A stretch of DNA of 64,000 nt. Source: Phoronis australis. Lineage: Eukaryota > Animalia > Phoronida. The stretch covers positions 1,220,911-1,284,910 of the forward strand of contig NMRA01000032.1 in the NCBI GenBank assembly GCA_002633005.1. Direction: 5' to 3'. The notes under the pieces were generated by a model. The model ran no database searches. It saw only the letters and a list, made by a program, of their open reading frames with translations, and was not told where the DNA came from. The position numbers were made by a program, and so were the translations under genes. Below are positions 25,140 through 37,701 of this stretch, piece after piece. Numbering within the stretch: position 1 is the first letter of the stretch; each line of letters starts with the position of its first letter.

Positions 25140-26810
25140 CCAGGGTGAAGCAGACACAGCACACGCCAGTTAACACGAACATGGACAGTTTACATGGTCA
25201 TATAGTGTGGAGGGTGCAGGAGGAGTACACAGGACGCAGGCCAGTTAACGTGAACATGGACAATTTTTATGAACATATAGTCTGGGAGAAGCATGTACAT
25301 AACGTAGGTCAGTTAACATGAACATGGACAGTTTACATGGCCATATAATGTGGAGGGTGGAGATGGAACACACAGAACGTAGGGCAATGGCCAGTTTACA
25401 TGGCCATATAGTCTGGAGAGGAGCACACGGAAAGTAGGCAAGTTATCATATAAATGGACAGTTCTTATGAACATATAGTCTGAGAGGAGCACGTACATAA
25501 CGTATGTCAGTTAACGTGAACATGGATAATTTACATGGCAATATAGTCAGGGAGGAGCACACAGAACGTAGGGCAATTAAGATGAACATCGACAGTTTAC
25601 ATGGCCATACAGTCTGGGAAGGAGCACACAGAACGAACATGACCATGGACAGCTTACATGATAGTCTGGGGAGGAACAAACAGAACGTGGGCCACTTAAC
25701 ATAAACATGGACACTTTACATGACCATAGAGTCTGGGGAGGAGCACACAGAACGTAGGTCAGCTAACGATGAACATGGACATTTTACATGGCCACATTGT
25801 CCGGAGGAGCATACAGAACATAGGGCAATTAACGTGAACGTGGACAGTTTACATGACCATATAGTCTTGGAAGAGGACATACAGAACGTTGGTCAGTTAA
25901 CATGAATATGAACATGACCATATAGTTTGGGGAGGAGCACAACGTAGGCCAGTTAACATGAAGATGGACAGTTTACATGACGATATAGTTTGGAGGAGCA
26001 CACAGAACGTTGACCAGTTAACATGAACATGGGCAGATTACATGGCGATATAGTCTGGGGAGGAGCATACAGAACGTAGGCCAGTTAACATGAAAATGGA
26101 CAGTTTACATGGCCATATTGTCTGAAGGAGCACACAGAACGCAACCAGTTCACATGAACACGGACAGTTTACATGGCCATATAGTTTGGAAGGAGCATGT
26201 GCAGAACGTTGGCCAGTTAATATGAACATGGACAGTTTACATGGCGATATAGTCTGGGGAGGAGCACACACAACGTAGGTCAGAACACGGACAGTTTACA
26301 TGGCCATATAGTTTGGGAGGGGCATGTGCAGAACGTAAACCAGGTAACATGAACAAGGACAGATTATATGGCCATATAGCCTGGAGGAGCACACAGACGT
26401 AGGTCAATAAACATGAACATGGACAGGTTACACGACCATATAGTTTGGAGAGAAGCAAGCAGAAAATAAATCAGTTAACATGAACATAGATATGGCCATA
26501 TAGTTTGGTAGTCTGGGGAGGAGAACACCGAACGTACACCAAGTATCATGAACATGGACAGTTTACAAGGCCACATAATAGGGAGCGGTCGCAACACACA
26601 GAACGCACGTCCGCCAACACGTGCATGGACAGTTTACATTGCCATAAGGTCTGGGAAGGTTGGAGCACACAGAACGTAGACCAGTCGATGTGTGCAGTTT
26701 ACATGGCCAAATACTCTGTGGAGCAGCAAACAGAACGTACGTCCGCTAACAAGTACACGGACAGTTTTCGATGACTCGTAATGAGGGAAATAAAGCTCAG
26801 AACGTAGTGG
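25140..26810. repeat. 67-bp minisatellite array, unit 1
   Basis: Consensus GAGGAGCACACAGAACGTAGGCCAGTTAACATGAACATGGACAGTTTACATGGCCATATAGTCTGGG; monomers are degenerate. Confidence 0.92.
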
Positions 26811-28029
26811 CTTTAATGAATACAAGTACCATTTACATTAGTGTGTTACATCTTGCGTGAGATGAAGGGCGAAGAATCCACGAGAGGTAATGTGAATCTT
26901 CACAATTCCCTCCGTAAAACATTGTTATCAACATAAAGCGAATAAATGTTGTTTGTTTTAGATTTCACACCTTTCAATATCTTGATAAACTGATCTTGAA
27001 AAATATTTAATTTCAATCTTGTACAGGGGTACCACGTATTCTTTCAACATTGGGTTTTGAAGATTGTTGAACTCTAAATTTGGTAAAGCATTTGTTGGCC
27101 CTGAGTAGAAACAGAATTGTCCAGAAAACTCAACTTTCGTACTTTTGGCACAAATCACGCTTTCGAGACCAGTCAGCTACGTATTTCATTCAGACAATAT
27201 CCACCGTTTTTGCTAATTTAAAAGTTACAGCGGTGGAAATAAAAATCTTTCAGGTAATAATTTTCCATTGATGGTTTAGACAAATGAGGTGATACTGAGG
27301 TTGTTTGTGTAAGACCAGTGTTTAAAAGTAAAGTGAAATATGAACTAATCCACTTAAGGTCATGAAATAGCTCTTGTGATATTCCTTGCCATGATAGGGC
27401 TTAATTGCCGTTACTAACAACAGCATAAAAGTATCAGCGATTCATTAAAACGCGTCATGGTTGAAATTGGGTAGCTCTAAAATGACACAAATTCAAATAA
27501 TGACAGATGTATCTTTTGCCTCTGATTTGAGTTGCCAGAAACCGCTTCGATTTAAAATTAACCTTTGACGAAATACCCCTTTAAACTAAGTCAGACTTGA
27601 AACAAGAATAAGCCATTGATACCCTGAAAATATAAGGTCTGGTCGTCAGTGGTGACAAAAGTGATAACACAGATGTAGACAGACTCCTGTAGCAATAGTA
27701 AGCTAACTGTCAGGATATGAACACTCATTACTAAAGCTAAAATTTCTATCTAGACTGGAAAAATGAAAATATAACGAAGTCGTCACTGGATTAATCCAAC
27801 GGAATCCAGGACATATCCAAAATATCTTCGTCTTCCAAAATGGTTGACAAGCTGGGATAGGCAATCTAAAACAGAAAACAAGTGAAAACTCAACAGAAAC
27901 AAATTGATAAAAATCTATAAAGCTCGTCATCAACAACTTTAAGAATGTTTACTTTCTTGCACGTTTTAATATGACATTAAATTGTAGTCATTTTTAAGTA
28001 AAATTTCGAAGCTCCCAAGCGAGTCTTGA

Positions 28030-29312
28030 TTATAAAGCACGATAGACATATGCACTTCTGCTTAGCAAGTTCATCTGCCGGTAAATTCATACTGTGTCGA
28101 AGTTTGAATATAGATTGTTAATAGCAATGTAAGGACGTGGAGGATACTTACGCTGCGGCCTTGTATTTTCCTTTTGGAGATCACTGCTCCGTACTCTGAA
28201 TCTGGGAATAGCTTTAATCTTTCTTGCGTCACTGCGCAAACTAAATCTACCTGGAATATATTAGAGCAAAGTTTTAAATCATTAGTTCATATTTATTGAA
28301 GCAACAGTTGAAAAGTGCAAAATTGTATGACGTTTAATGGTACCATGACCAGATTTCAGGTTCTTGGTTTCAACGAAGAGTCCACTGACAAGACTGTTCT
28401 CAACTTTTCTGTGGAACTCGCGTCTATTCTATTACTGATGACTGCTAATAATTTCGCAATTCGAACAACTATGCAAAATAGCCAAACAACTGCTACAATG
28501 TCTATTGCAAAGAGACAGGCTTTGCGTTTCGGTGTTACATAAATTGTAGTCGAAAAGAAAACTGACATCTACAAAAACGACATGAAGTTCAAATCGGTAA
28601 AGGACGTATCCACATATAGCATTAGACACATCATGTGTATGTAATTTCCTTTTCACATCAACAACCAATATGCCTACTAAACCCTGGTTAGTTCATCACC
28701 TTGTCCTCTTGTTCAGAAACTCTTTGTTTTTTAAGTCTTTTCAAGAAAGCCGGACTTGGCTCAAACACATGCTTGGGGTCAGGCTCTCCGAATTCTTTTT
28801 CTAATTGTTCTAACATCATGCAGACGTTATCAAGTCTCTGTGCAAGTACAAGACATCTTGAGCGAGTCTGGTTGCCTTTGGACGCCTCCGTCTGGAGATC
28901 CTGCATGACCGTGACTATCTCATTGGATGTTTTTGAGAATGACAGAGTCATTGCATCTCCTTGAGGTGCATAGTCAGCCGATACGATCTCTGCCGCTTCT
29001 GAAATTGAATGGATTTAATTGACAATTTTTGCTTATTTGTGAAACTCTGCAAACAAATTAAAAGATCAAATTCTAAAATTAAAAGGACTTTCACTAAATA
29101 TGTTTTGTTTTCTTAAAAATGATGGTCTTACCAGTGTTTCCAATCACGTCATCGCGTTTGCCACCGTCCCCTTGACGTTTCAGAACACATTTGTGGCAAG
29201 AGCACTGTTTCTTCAACTTCTTCAAGGCATAGTGCCTCGCTCTTTGCAGAAATGACTCCTTTTTGCCGCCTTTTGAACCATTTTGTTTCCTTCTCTTCGG
29301 AATGCAAGACAT
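28030..29312 (-). CDS. Unrecognised 4-exon gene, copy 1 (about 207 aa; basic N-terminus with CSCHKC, helical middle)
   Basis: join complement(29132..29312, 28700..28998, 28152..28250, 28030..28074). Splice sites are G|GTAAG, TTTCAG|, AAG|GTGATG (weak), CCAG|, C|GTAAGT and GGCAG|. All phases are compatible (624 nt). If the weak donor is unused, a 163-aa 2-exon form ends at 28688. Confidence 0.65.
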
Positions 29313-30022
29313 TTTGAAACTTTTGTCTAGCTTCAGTACTACCAAAGTGACGTCACGTAATTGTTGAATTATTAAATATGACGTAAACTCCCGAATTTCA
29401 ACGTAAGTCAGCGAGAAAAAAATGCTGATATGGGAAACATGAATAGCCCTATCAAAGAAGCAGTTTCAATTGGCCTGCGTTTTATCATGGAACTCAAGGC
29501 ATGGGATGCTAACTACCGAACTTGACCCATGTTTTACTTGTTTTATTGCGACCCCGGGCTTTCAAGGGAGTGACCGAGAGTGATTGCATTGAATTTCCCG
29601 ACAGTTTTGAATTTTTTTCTAAAACCCGCCATGAACCATTTGCGCTTTTCCATCCGTTTTTTCACTGACGACTATGGTAGGACATTCGCGTGTCTCTCAT
29701 GCTAATGCAGTGGTTTTATCTGTGTTCGAAGGCAACATGAGCTCTACACTTTTCCTACCCATTCCACGACACATATCTCATTTTTTGTTCAATTGACTCA
29801 AAATTTGTCCCCAATATACAATTTACGCTGAGTCATTCCCTGTCAATAGGATGTTTTTCAGACCCAAGTTGTAATAATGAACTAGGGTCCCCTGTAATTG
29901 TTCATTTGTCACATACGTACATTGGGTCTGAAAAACAATTTGCAGTGCTCAGTAAAACTCATTATTATTTAGTTTTTACATGTGATAGTATTAACCCATG
30001 TTAAAAATTCCGTAGGGTATTA

Positions 30023-30835
30023 CATAAGGTCGCCGTTGTGGTCAACTTCCTAAAGAGACGTATTTGGTGTCGTTTAACTCGGGCTATTGTTCAATCAAGA
30101 TGTAGTTGGTATAAGACAAACCCTGGTGAATAACGTGTACATCAATAATATTTTAACTTCCACAAAAATTGATTCATGTCTAAAATTAATTGTGAAGCCC
30201 CTGCACGTCGGACCGGTGTGACCAAAAAGGTATTTTATAAAAATGTTCAATAACTACCTCCAGGACTAACACGCCAAAATCATTTGGGATAATGCTAAAG
30301 TTTGTAAGCTCGATTATTACCTCGATGTTATTATATATTATCGGAATAGGAAGTAATCCAACTTGGTCATAAAAAAACATTTCTAAAGCGAAAGTCAGTC
30401 CTGTTGCCCAGTGTAGTGTTGTTTAAGTGTTTGTATGCCCTATGAGCGAATGTCAAGCAGTGTTACATTGGTCAAACGATTTGCAGTCTTTTATCTATGC
30501 ATATTCAAAATGGCGCCATCCTAGAACATTTTCTGCAAAGCCACGAACTTAAAATCACCCGTCAAGAAATTGTGGAAAGCACGTCTGTAGAGCTCGATGT
30601 GTTGCGATTGAAAGTATTGGAGTCCCTTTCGGTTGCATTTGAGAAGCCTGTTTTGAATGAGCAACAAACATGTTCACGCCGCACGTTTGCGTGACTTNTT
30701 CTTTGCAGTATTTCACACCTGCCATGTCCCACTGTGTAGTCTCCAGCTTTTTCTCTGTGGTGGCATTACTGTGTTATTTATTTCGTCTTGAGAATGAAAC
30801 AAGTATATTCGAAATATCGTGTGTCTTTTAATCAC
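30023..30835 (+). mobile_element. 5'-truncated, decayed Penelope-like retroelement (Naiad-like), junction 1
   Basis: The frameshifted translation, pieced across copies, gives an RT thumb (KVAVVVNFLKRAYLVS..LFNQ....IRQTLVNN.Y.N), a linker (VFYKN...NYLQDE..KIIWDN....LDVIIYYRN.K.SNLVIK) and a GIY-YIG/CCHH-like endonuclease (VV..FVCPMSEC...YIGQT....RRLSMHIQNGAILEHF..H...TRQEIVENT....D..RLKVLESL....KPVLNEQ). A hammerhead-like motif follows. Confidence 0.8.
30785..30821 (+). ncRNA. Degenerate minimal type I hammerhead ribozyme-like motif (PLE 3' end)
   Basis: C-TTGAGAA-TGAAACAAGTATATTC-GAAATATC-GTG: U3/A8 core variant, short stem II, palindromic minimal stem III. Confidence 0.5.
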
Positions 30836-31869
30836 GTCTCTTGGTCAGTTGCCTCAGCAATGTTCTGTTGAGTGTCGAACGTCGTTCCGAAGATACGAAC
30901 GGAACGGAATGTGAAACAAGGTTTTCTTTATATTCATTTTATTATAAATAATACAAAATTACATAGTGCAGATGCTGGATGTCATCTGCGCAGTACCTCG
31001 TAAACAAATTAAGAATCTGCCTAAACTAAGTAACCAAAAATCTTGTTGACCTGATAAATGAGGAATAATATGAAGTTCACATTAGGATACATTTCATATT
31101 CAATAGGTCTTGACGTTAGCTATCGACTAAAACGCCATAATAGACACAAGTTTTAATGGCAAGTCAATATGTTATCGCTGTCAAAAATCTATTTTGATAA
31201 TAGGAATCAGTGTCAAAATCGACAACATTTTTGGTAAACAAAGACATCTGTGATCTCACTCAATTTGTGATACAGGATCAATCCTGGATTCTCCATAAGC
31301 TTCATCAAAAAGTCAGCACTATTCACTGAGCAATTCCGGAAAGGAATCTCCGCCATATTTTAAAGATGTTAAAAAGTACCCAACCGCTATTACATAATGG
31401 GCGACTTCCAACTTGATTCACACATAACAATAGGGCATTCAGAAGCAGCCTTTCTATTCCTAAGTTTCTATCAACTAACAACAGGAAATTATTTTCCCAA
31501 AAAAATCACTCTTGTAACCTCTGAAGGATGTAAGCATTGAAGTCTATGGTAGAAAATACGTACTAACCACTCAGAAAGCTGTTATCGATGCTGCGTTGTA
31601 TGAGTTGTGTAAAATATCAGATAATCGTTACCGGCTACGACTTCTTAATAAAACGTATATTTCGAATCAGAACGAACCGCGTCTTCCCGATACTCAAATC
31701 GTTCTCTTCGAAACCCAAATGTCGCATTGGACAACAAAAAATCTATTTATCGCTTGACTGAAGGGTGCGAAATCAAAAATGAACAACACTGAGGTAGTCG
31801 CGTATTCATTAGAACGAGATAACGTGGTTCAATCGGAACTGGGCAGCCTTCAACGACAATGTGTGCCTG

Positions 31870-33530
31870 ACAGGCAAAAACATATAGTCTAGAGGAAGCA
31901 CACAGAACACAAGCCAGCTGACCTATACACGGAGCGTTTATGCATGACCATATCATAAGGGTGAAGCAAACAGAACTCACGGCAGTTAACATGAACATGG
32001 ATAGTTTACATGGCTATATAGTCTGGGGAACACCCAGAACGTACACCAATTAAAGTGAACATGGACAGTTTGCATGACCATATAGTCTGTGGAGGAGCAC
32101 ACAGAACGTTGGCCAATTAACGTGAAAATGGACATGCAGTCTGACTGGCCATATAGCCTGTGGATGAGCACGCAGACCATAGGTCAGTTAACATGAACAT
32201 GGATAGATTACATGGCCGCTTAGTCTGGAGAGGAGCGCACACAACATGCCAGTTAACATGAACATGGACTGTTTATGAGGCCGTATAATCTGGGAGGAGC
32301 ACGTACCTCAGAACGCAAGCCAGTTAACATGAAGATAAACAGCTTACATGGCCGTATAGTCTGGAGAGGACACAGAACATACGCCACTTAACACCTACAA
32401 GGACAGTTTACAAGGCCATATAGTCTGGGGTGGAGCGCACAGAACGTACAGTAGGCCAGCTAACCTTAGCGTGGACAGTTTACAAGGTCATATAGTCTGG
32501 GGAGAAGCACACAGAACATAGGCCAGTTAACATGAACATGGACAGTTTATATGACGAACTAAACTGGAGGATGGCTCAGAACTTAGGCCAAATAACATGA
32601 ACATGGACAGTTTACATGACTATATAGTATGGGGAGGAACACACAGAACGTACGCCGGTTAACGTGAACATGGACTGTTTACATGACCATATAGTCTGGG
32701 GAGAAGCACACAGAAAGTAGGCCAGTTAACATTAACATGGGGAGTTTACGTGACCATATAGTCTGGAGAGAAACACACAGAATGTACGCCGGTTAACGTG
32801 AACATGGACAGTTTACACGACCATATAGTCTGGGTACTGAGGAGCACTGACGGAGATGGTAGGCCACTTCACATGAACATGGACTGATTGCATGGCTACA
32901 TAGTCTGGGGAGGAGCACACACAACGTAGACCAATTAACTTGAATATGGGCAGTTTACATGGCCATGCATATAGTCTTTGAAGGAGCACGTAGACTGTAG
33001 GCCAGTTCAGATCAACTTGGACGGATTGCATGGCCACATAGTCTGGAGAGGAGTGCAAAGAATGTAGGCTTGCGCCAGTTAACATGAACATAGGCAGTTT
33101 ACATGGTCTAGTCACGGGAAGAACACACAGAACGTGCGCCGGTTAACGTGAACATGAAAAGTTTACATGACCACGTGGCCTGGGGTGGATCAGGAGACCG
33201 TAGGTCAGTTAACATAAAGATGGACTGCCGTGACGATATAATCTTGATGATCACACAGAACGTAGGCCAGTTAACGATGAACATGGACAGTTTACAAGGC
33301 CATATAGTATGGAGCGGTCGGGACACTCCGCTAACGTGTTCATGGACAACTTACATTGCCATGTAGTCTGGAGATGTCAGAGCGCACAGAACGTACACCA
33401 GTCGATCAATGTGTACAGTTTACATGGCCAAATAATCTGAGCAGCAAACAGAACGTACGTCCGCTAACATGTACATGAACAGTTTTCGAGGACTTGTGGA
33501 GAGAGAAAAAGCACAGAACGTAGTGGCTTT
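31870..33530. repeat. 67-bp minisatellite array, unit 2
   Basis: Same consensus as 25140-26810. Confidence 0.92.
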
Positions 33531-34757
33531 AACAAATACAAGTACAATTTACATTAGTGTGTTACATCCTACGGGAGATGGAACGCGAAGATTCCACGAG
33601 AGTTAATATGAATCTTCACAATTCCCTATTTAAAACATTGTTATCAACATAAAGCGATTCAATGTTGTTAGTTTTTGATTTCACACCTTTCAATATCTTG
33701 ATGAACTGATCTTGAAACAGATTTAATCTCGGAGCATATACAGGTGTACCACGCATTTTTCAACTTTCTATTTTGAAAATTTTTGAAATCTAAATTTCGC
33801 AAAGCATTTGTTGGCCCTGAATAAAAATGAAATTTTCCAGAAAACTCAACTTTCTTACATTCGGCACAAATCACGCTTTCGAGACCAGTCAGCTACGTAT
33901 TTCATTCATACAATATCCATCGTTTTCGCTTTGTATATTTTAGAAGTTACAGCGGCGGAAATAAAATCTTTCAGGAAATAATTTTCCATTGATCCTTTAG
34001 AGAAATCAGGTGATGCTGAGGTTGTTTCTGGAAGACCAATGTTCAAAATTAAAGTGAAATATAAACTAATCCATTTAAGCTCATAAAATAGCTCTTGTGA
34101 TAATCCTTGCTATGACAGGGTTTGATTGCCGCTACTAACAACTGCATAAAAGCATCAGCGATTCATGAAAACGAGTCATGGTTGGAGTTGGCTAGCTCTA
34201 AAATCACGCAAATTCAAATAATGGCGGATGTATCTTTTGCCTCTGATTTGAGTTGCCCAAAACCGCTTCGATTTAAAATTAATCTTTGACGAAATGCCTC
34301 TTTTAACTAAGTCAGACTTGAAACAACAATAAGCCTTTGATACCCTGAAAATATAAGGCCTGGTCGTCAGTGGTGACAAGAGTGATAACACAGATGTGGA
34401 CAGACTCCTGCAGTAATAGTTGCCTAAGCTAACAGTCAGGATATGAACCCTCATTACTACAGCTAAAATTTGTAACAAGACTGAAAAAAATGAAAATCTA
34501 ATGAAGCCGTCACTGGATTAATCCAACGGGATCCAGGACAAATTCAAAATATCTTCGTCTTCCAATATGGTTGTCAAGCTGGGAGAGGCAATCTGAAACA
34601 GAAAACAATTGAAAACTCATCAGAAATAAATTACTAAAGATCTATAAAACTTGTCACCAACAGCTTTAAAAATGTTTACTTTCTTACACGCGTCAATATA
34701 ACATTAAATTATGGTCATTGTTTAAGTAAAATTTCGAAGCTCCCAAGCGCGTCTTGG

Positions 34758-36126
34758 TTACAAAGCACGATTATAGAAACACGCACTTCTGCTTAGGAAG
34801 TTCATCTGCCGGTAAATTCATACTGCGTTAATGTTTGAATACAGGTTTGTTTATAGCAATGTAACGATATGAAGCATACTTACGCTGCGGCCTTGTATTT
34901 TTCTTTTGGAGATCACTGCTCCGTACTCTGAGTCTGAGAATAACTTTAATTTTTCTTGCGTCACTGCGCAAACTAAATCTACCTGGAATATATGAGAGCA
35001 AAGTTTTAAATCATTAGTTTATATTTATTGAAGCAACAGTTGAAAAGTACAAAATTGTATGACGTTTAACGGTACCTTAACTAGATTTCAGGTTCCTGGT
35101 TTCAACGAAGAGTCCACTGACAAGTCTGTTCCCAAATTTTCTATGGAAGTCACGTCTATTCTCTACATCGAAGGATTTCATGTGTTTTTGTTGTGGGGTG
35201 TAATTTTAGAAATGTTAGAGCTGTCTTTTACTGATGACTGCTAATAATTTGGAAATTCGAACAACTATGCAAAACAGTAAAACAAATGCTACAATGTCTA
35301 TTGTAAAGATCCCGGCTTTGCGTTTCGGTGTTACATTAAGTGTAGTTAAAAAGAAAACTGTCAATGAATTGTTTTCTACAAAAACGACATGAAGTGCACA
35401 TCGGTCAAGGACGTATCCACGTGTAGCATTAGACACATCACGTGTATGTAACTTCCTTTTCATATAAACAACCAATATGCCTACTAAACCCTGGTTAGTT
35501 CATCACCTTGTTCTCTTGTTCAGAAACTCTTTGTTTTTTAAGTCTTTTCAAGAAAGCCGGACTTGGCTCAAACACATGCTTGGGGTCAGACTCTCCGAAT
35601 TCTTTTTCCAATTGTTCTAACATCATGCAGATGTTATCAAGTCTCTGTGCAAGTGCGAGACATCTTGAGCGTGTCTGGTTGCCTTTGGACGCCTCCGTCT
35701 GGAGATCCTGCATGACCGTGACTATCTCATCGGATGTTTTTGAGAATGACAGAGTCATTGCATCTCCTTGAGATGCATAGTCAGCCGATACGATCTCTGC
35801 CGCTTCTGAAATTGAATGGATTTAATTGACAATTTTTTGTTTTGCTTATTTGTGAAACTCTGCAAACAAATTAAAAAGATCAAATTCTAAAATTAAAAGG
35901 AATTTCACTAAATATGGTTTGTTTTCTTAAAAATGGTGGTCTTACCAGTGTTTCCAATCACGTCATCGCGTTTGCCACCGTCCCCTTGACGTTTCAGAAC
36001 ACATTTGTGGCAAGAGCACTGTTTCTTCAACTTCTTCAGGGCATAGTGCCTCGCTCTTTGCAGAAATGACTCCTTTTTGCCGCCTTTTGAACCATTTTGT
36101 TTCCTTCTCTTCGGAATGCAAGGCAT
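34758..36126 (-). CDS. Unrecognised 4-exon gene, copy 2
   Basis: Exon 1 is 35946-36126 (181 nt) and exon 2 starts at 35805 with the same length as copy 1. Exons 3 and 4 are open, with a 3-nt insertion in exon 4. Confidence 0.62.
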
Positions 36127-36836
36127 TTTGAAACTTTTGTCTAGCTTCACTACTACCAAAGTGACGTCACGTAATTGTTGAATTATTAAATATGACGTAA
36201 ACTCCCGAATTTCAACGTAAGTCAACGGGAAAAAATGCTGATATGGGAAACATGAATAGACCTATCAAAGAAGCAGTTTTTAGTTGGCCTGCGTTTTATC
36301 ATGGAACTCAAGGCATGGGATGCTAACTACCGTACTTGACCCATGTTTTACTAGCTTTATTGCGACCCCGGGCTTTCAAGGGAGTGGTAGAGAGTGTTTG
36401 CATTGAATTTCCCGACAGTTTTGAATTTTTTTCTAAAACCCGCCATGAACTATTTGCGCTTTTCCATCCGTTTTTTCACTGACGACTGTGGCAGGACGTT
36501 CGCGTGTCTCTCACGCTAATGCAGTGGTTTAATATGTGTTCGACGGCATCATCAGCTTTATACTTTTCCTACCCATTCCACGACATATACCTCATTTTTT
36601 GTTCAATTGACTCAAAATTTGTCCACAATACAGAATGTACGCTGAGTCATTCCCTGTCAATAGGATGTTTTTCAGATCCAAGTTGTAATAATGAACTGGG
36701 GTCCCCTGTAATCGTTCATTTGTCACATACGTATATTGAGTCTGAAAAACAATTTGCTGTGCTCAGTAAAACTCATTATTATTTAGTTTTTACATGTGAT
36801 AGTATTAACCCATGTTAAAAATTCCGTTGGGTATTA

Positions 36837-37701
36837 GATAAGGTCGCCGTTGTGGTCAACTTCCTAAAGAGGGCGTATTTGGTGTCGTTTAACTCGGGTT
36901 ATTGTTCAATCAAGTTGTAGTTTTTATAAGACAAACCATGGTGAATAACGTGTACACCAATAACATTTAAACTTCACAAAAATTGACTCATGTCCAAAAC
37001 TAATTGTGAAGTCCCTGCACGTCGGACCGGTGTGATCAAAAAGGTAATTTACAAAAATGTTAAGCCTAATAATTACCTCCAGGACGAAAACGGCAAAATC
37101 ATTTGGGATAATGCTAAAGTTTGTCTGCTAGATTATTACCTCGATGTTATTATTTATTATCGGAATAAGAAGTAATCCAACTTGGTCATAAAAAAAAAAT
37201 TCTAAAACGAAAGTCAGTTCTGTTGCCCAGTGTAGTGTTGTTTAAGAGTTTGCATGCCCTATGAGCGAATGTCAAGCAGTGCTACATTGGTCAAACGGTT
37301 TGCAGTCTTTCCTGTCGGTTATCTATGCATATTCAAAATGACGCCATCCTAGAACATTTTCTGCAAAGCGACGAACTTAAAATCACCCGTCAAGAAATTG
37401 TGGAAAACACGTCTGTAGAGCACGATGTGATGCGATTGAATGTATTGGAGTCCCTTTCGGTTGCATTTGAGAAGCCTGTTTTGAATGAGCAGCAAAGATG
37501 TTCACGCCGCAAGTTTGCGTGAAGTTCCTGTTACCCCCGCCCCCACCCCCCTAACCTTCATTTGTTATTCTTTGCAGTATTTCACACCTGTCATGTCCCA
37601 CTGTGTATGTCTCCAGCTTTTTCTCTGTGGTGGCATTACTGTGTCATTTATTTCCACTTGAGAATGAAACAAGTATGTTCGAAATATCGATTGTCTTTTA
37701 A
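36837..37701 (+). mobile_element. Penelope-like fragment, junction 2 (runs into gap 37702-38490); hammerhead-like motif at about 37655-37691
   Basis: Homologous to 30023-30835. ORF pieces 36990-37175 and 37325-37522 carry the linker and GIY-YIG C-terminal motifs. Confidence 0.8.

Noticed and set aside
25140-26810. CRISPR-like appearance and short ORFs (NMDSLHGHIVW / PCKLSMFMLT) in the regular repeats
   Set aside because: There are no unique spacers and no cas genes, the context is eukaryotic, and the 67-bp period shifts frame in each monomer. It is a minisatellite.
28701-28964. Plus-strand 87-aa ORF (MSSCSETLCFLSL...) conserved in all four units
   Set aside because: It is the antisense shadow of exon 2 of the minus-strand gene; the splice signals are on the minus strand.
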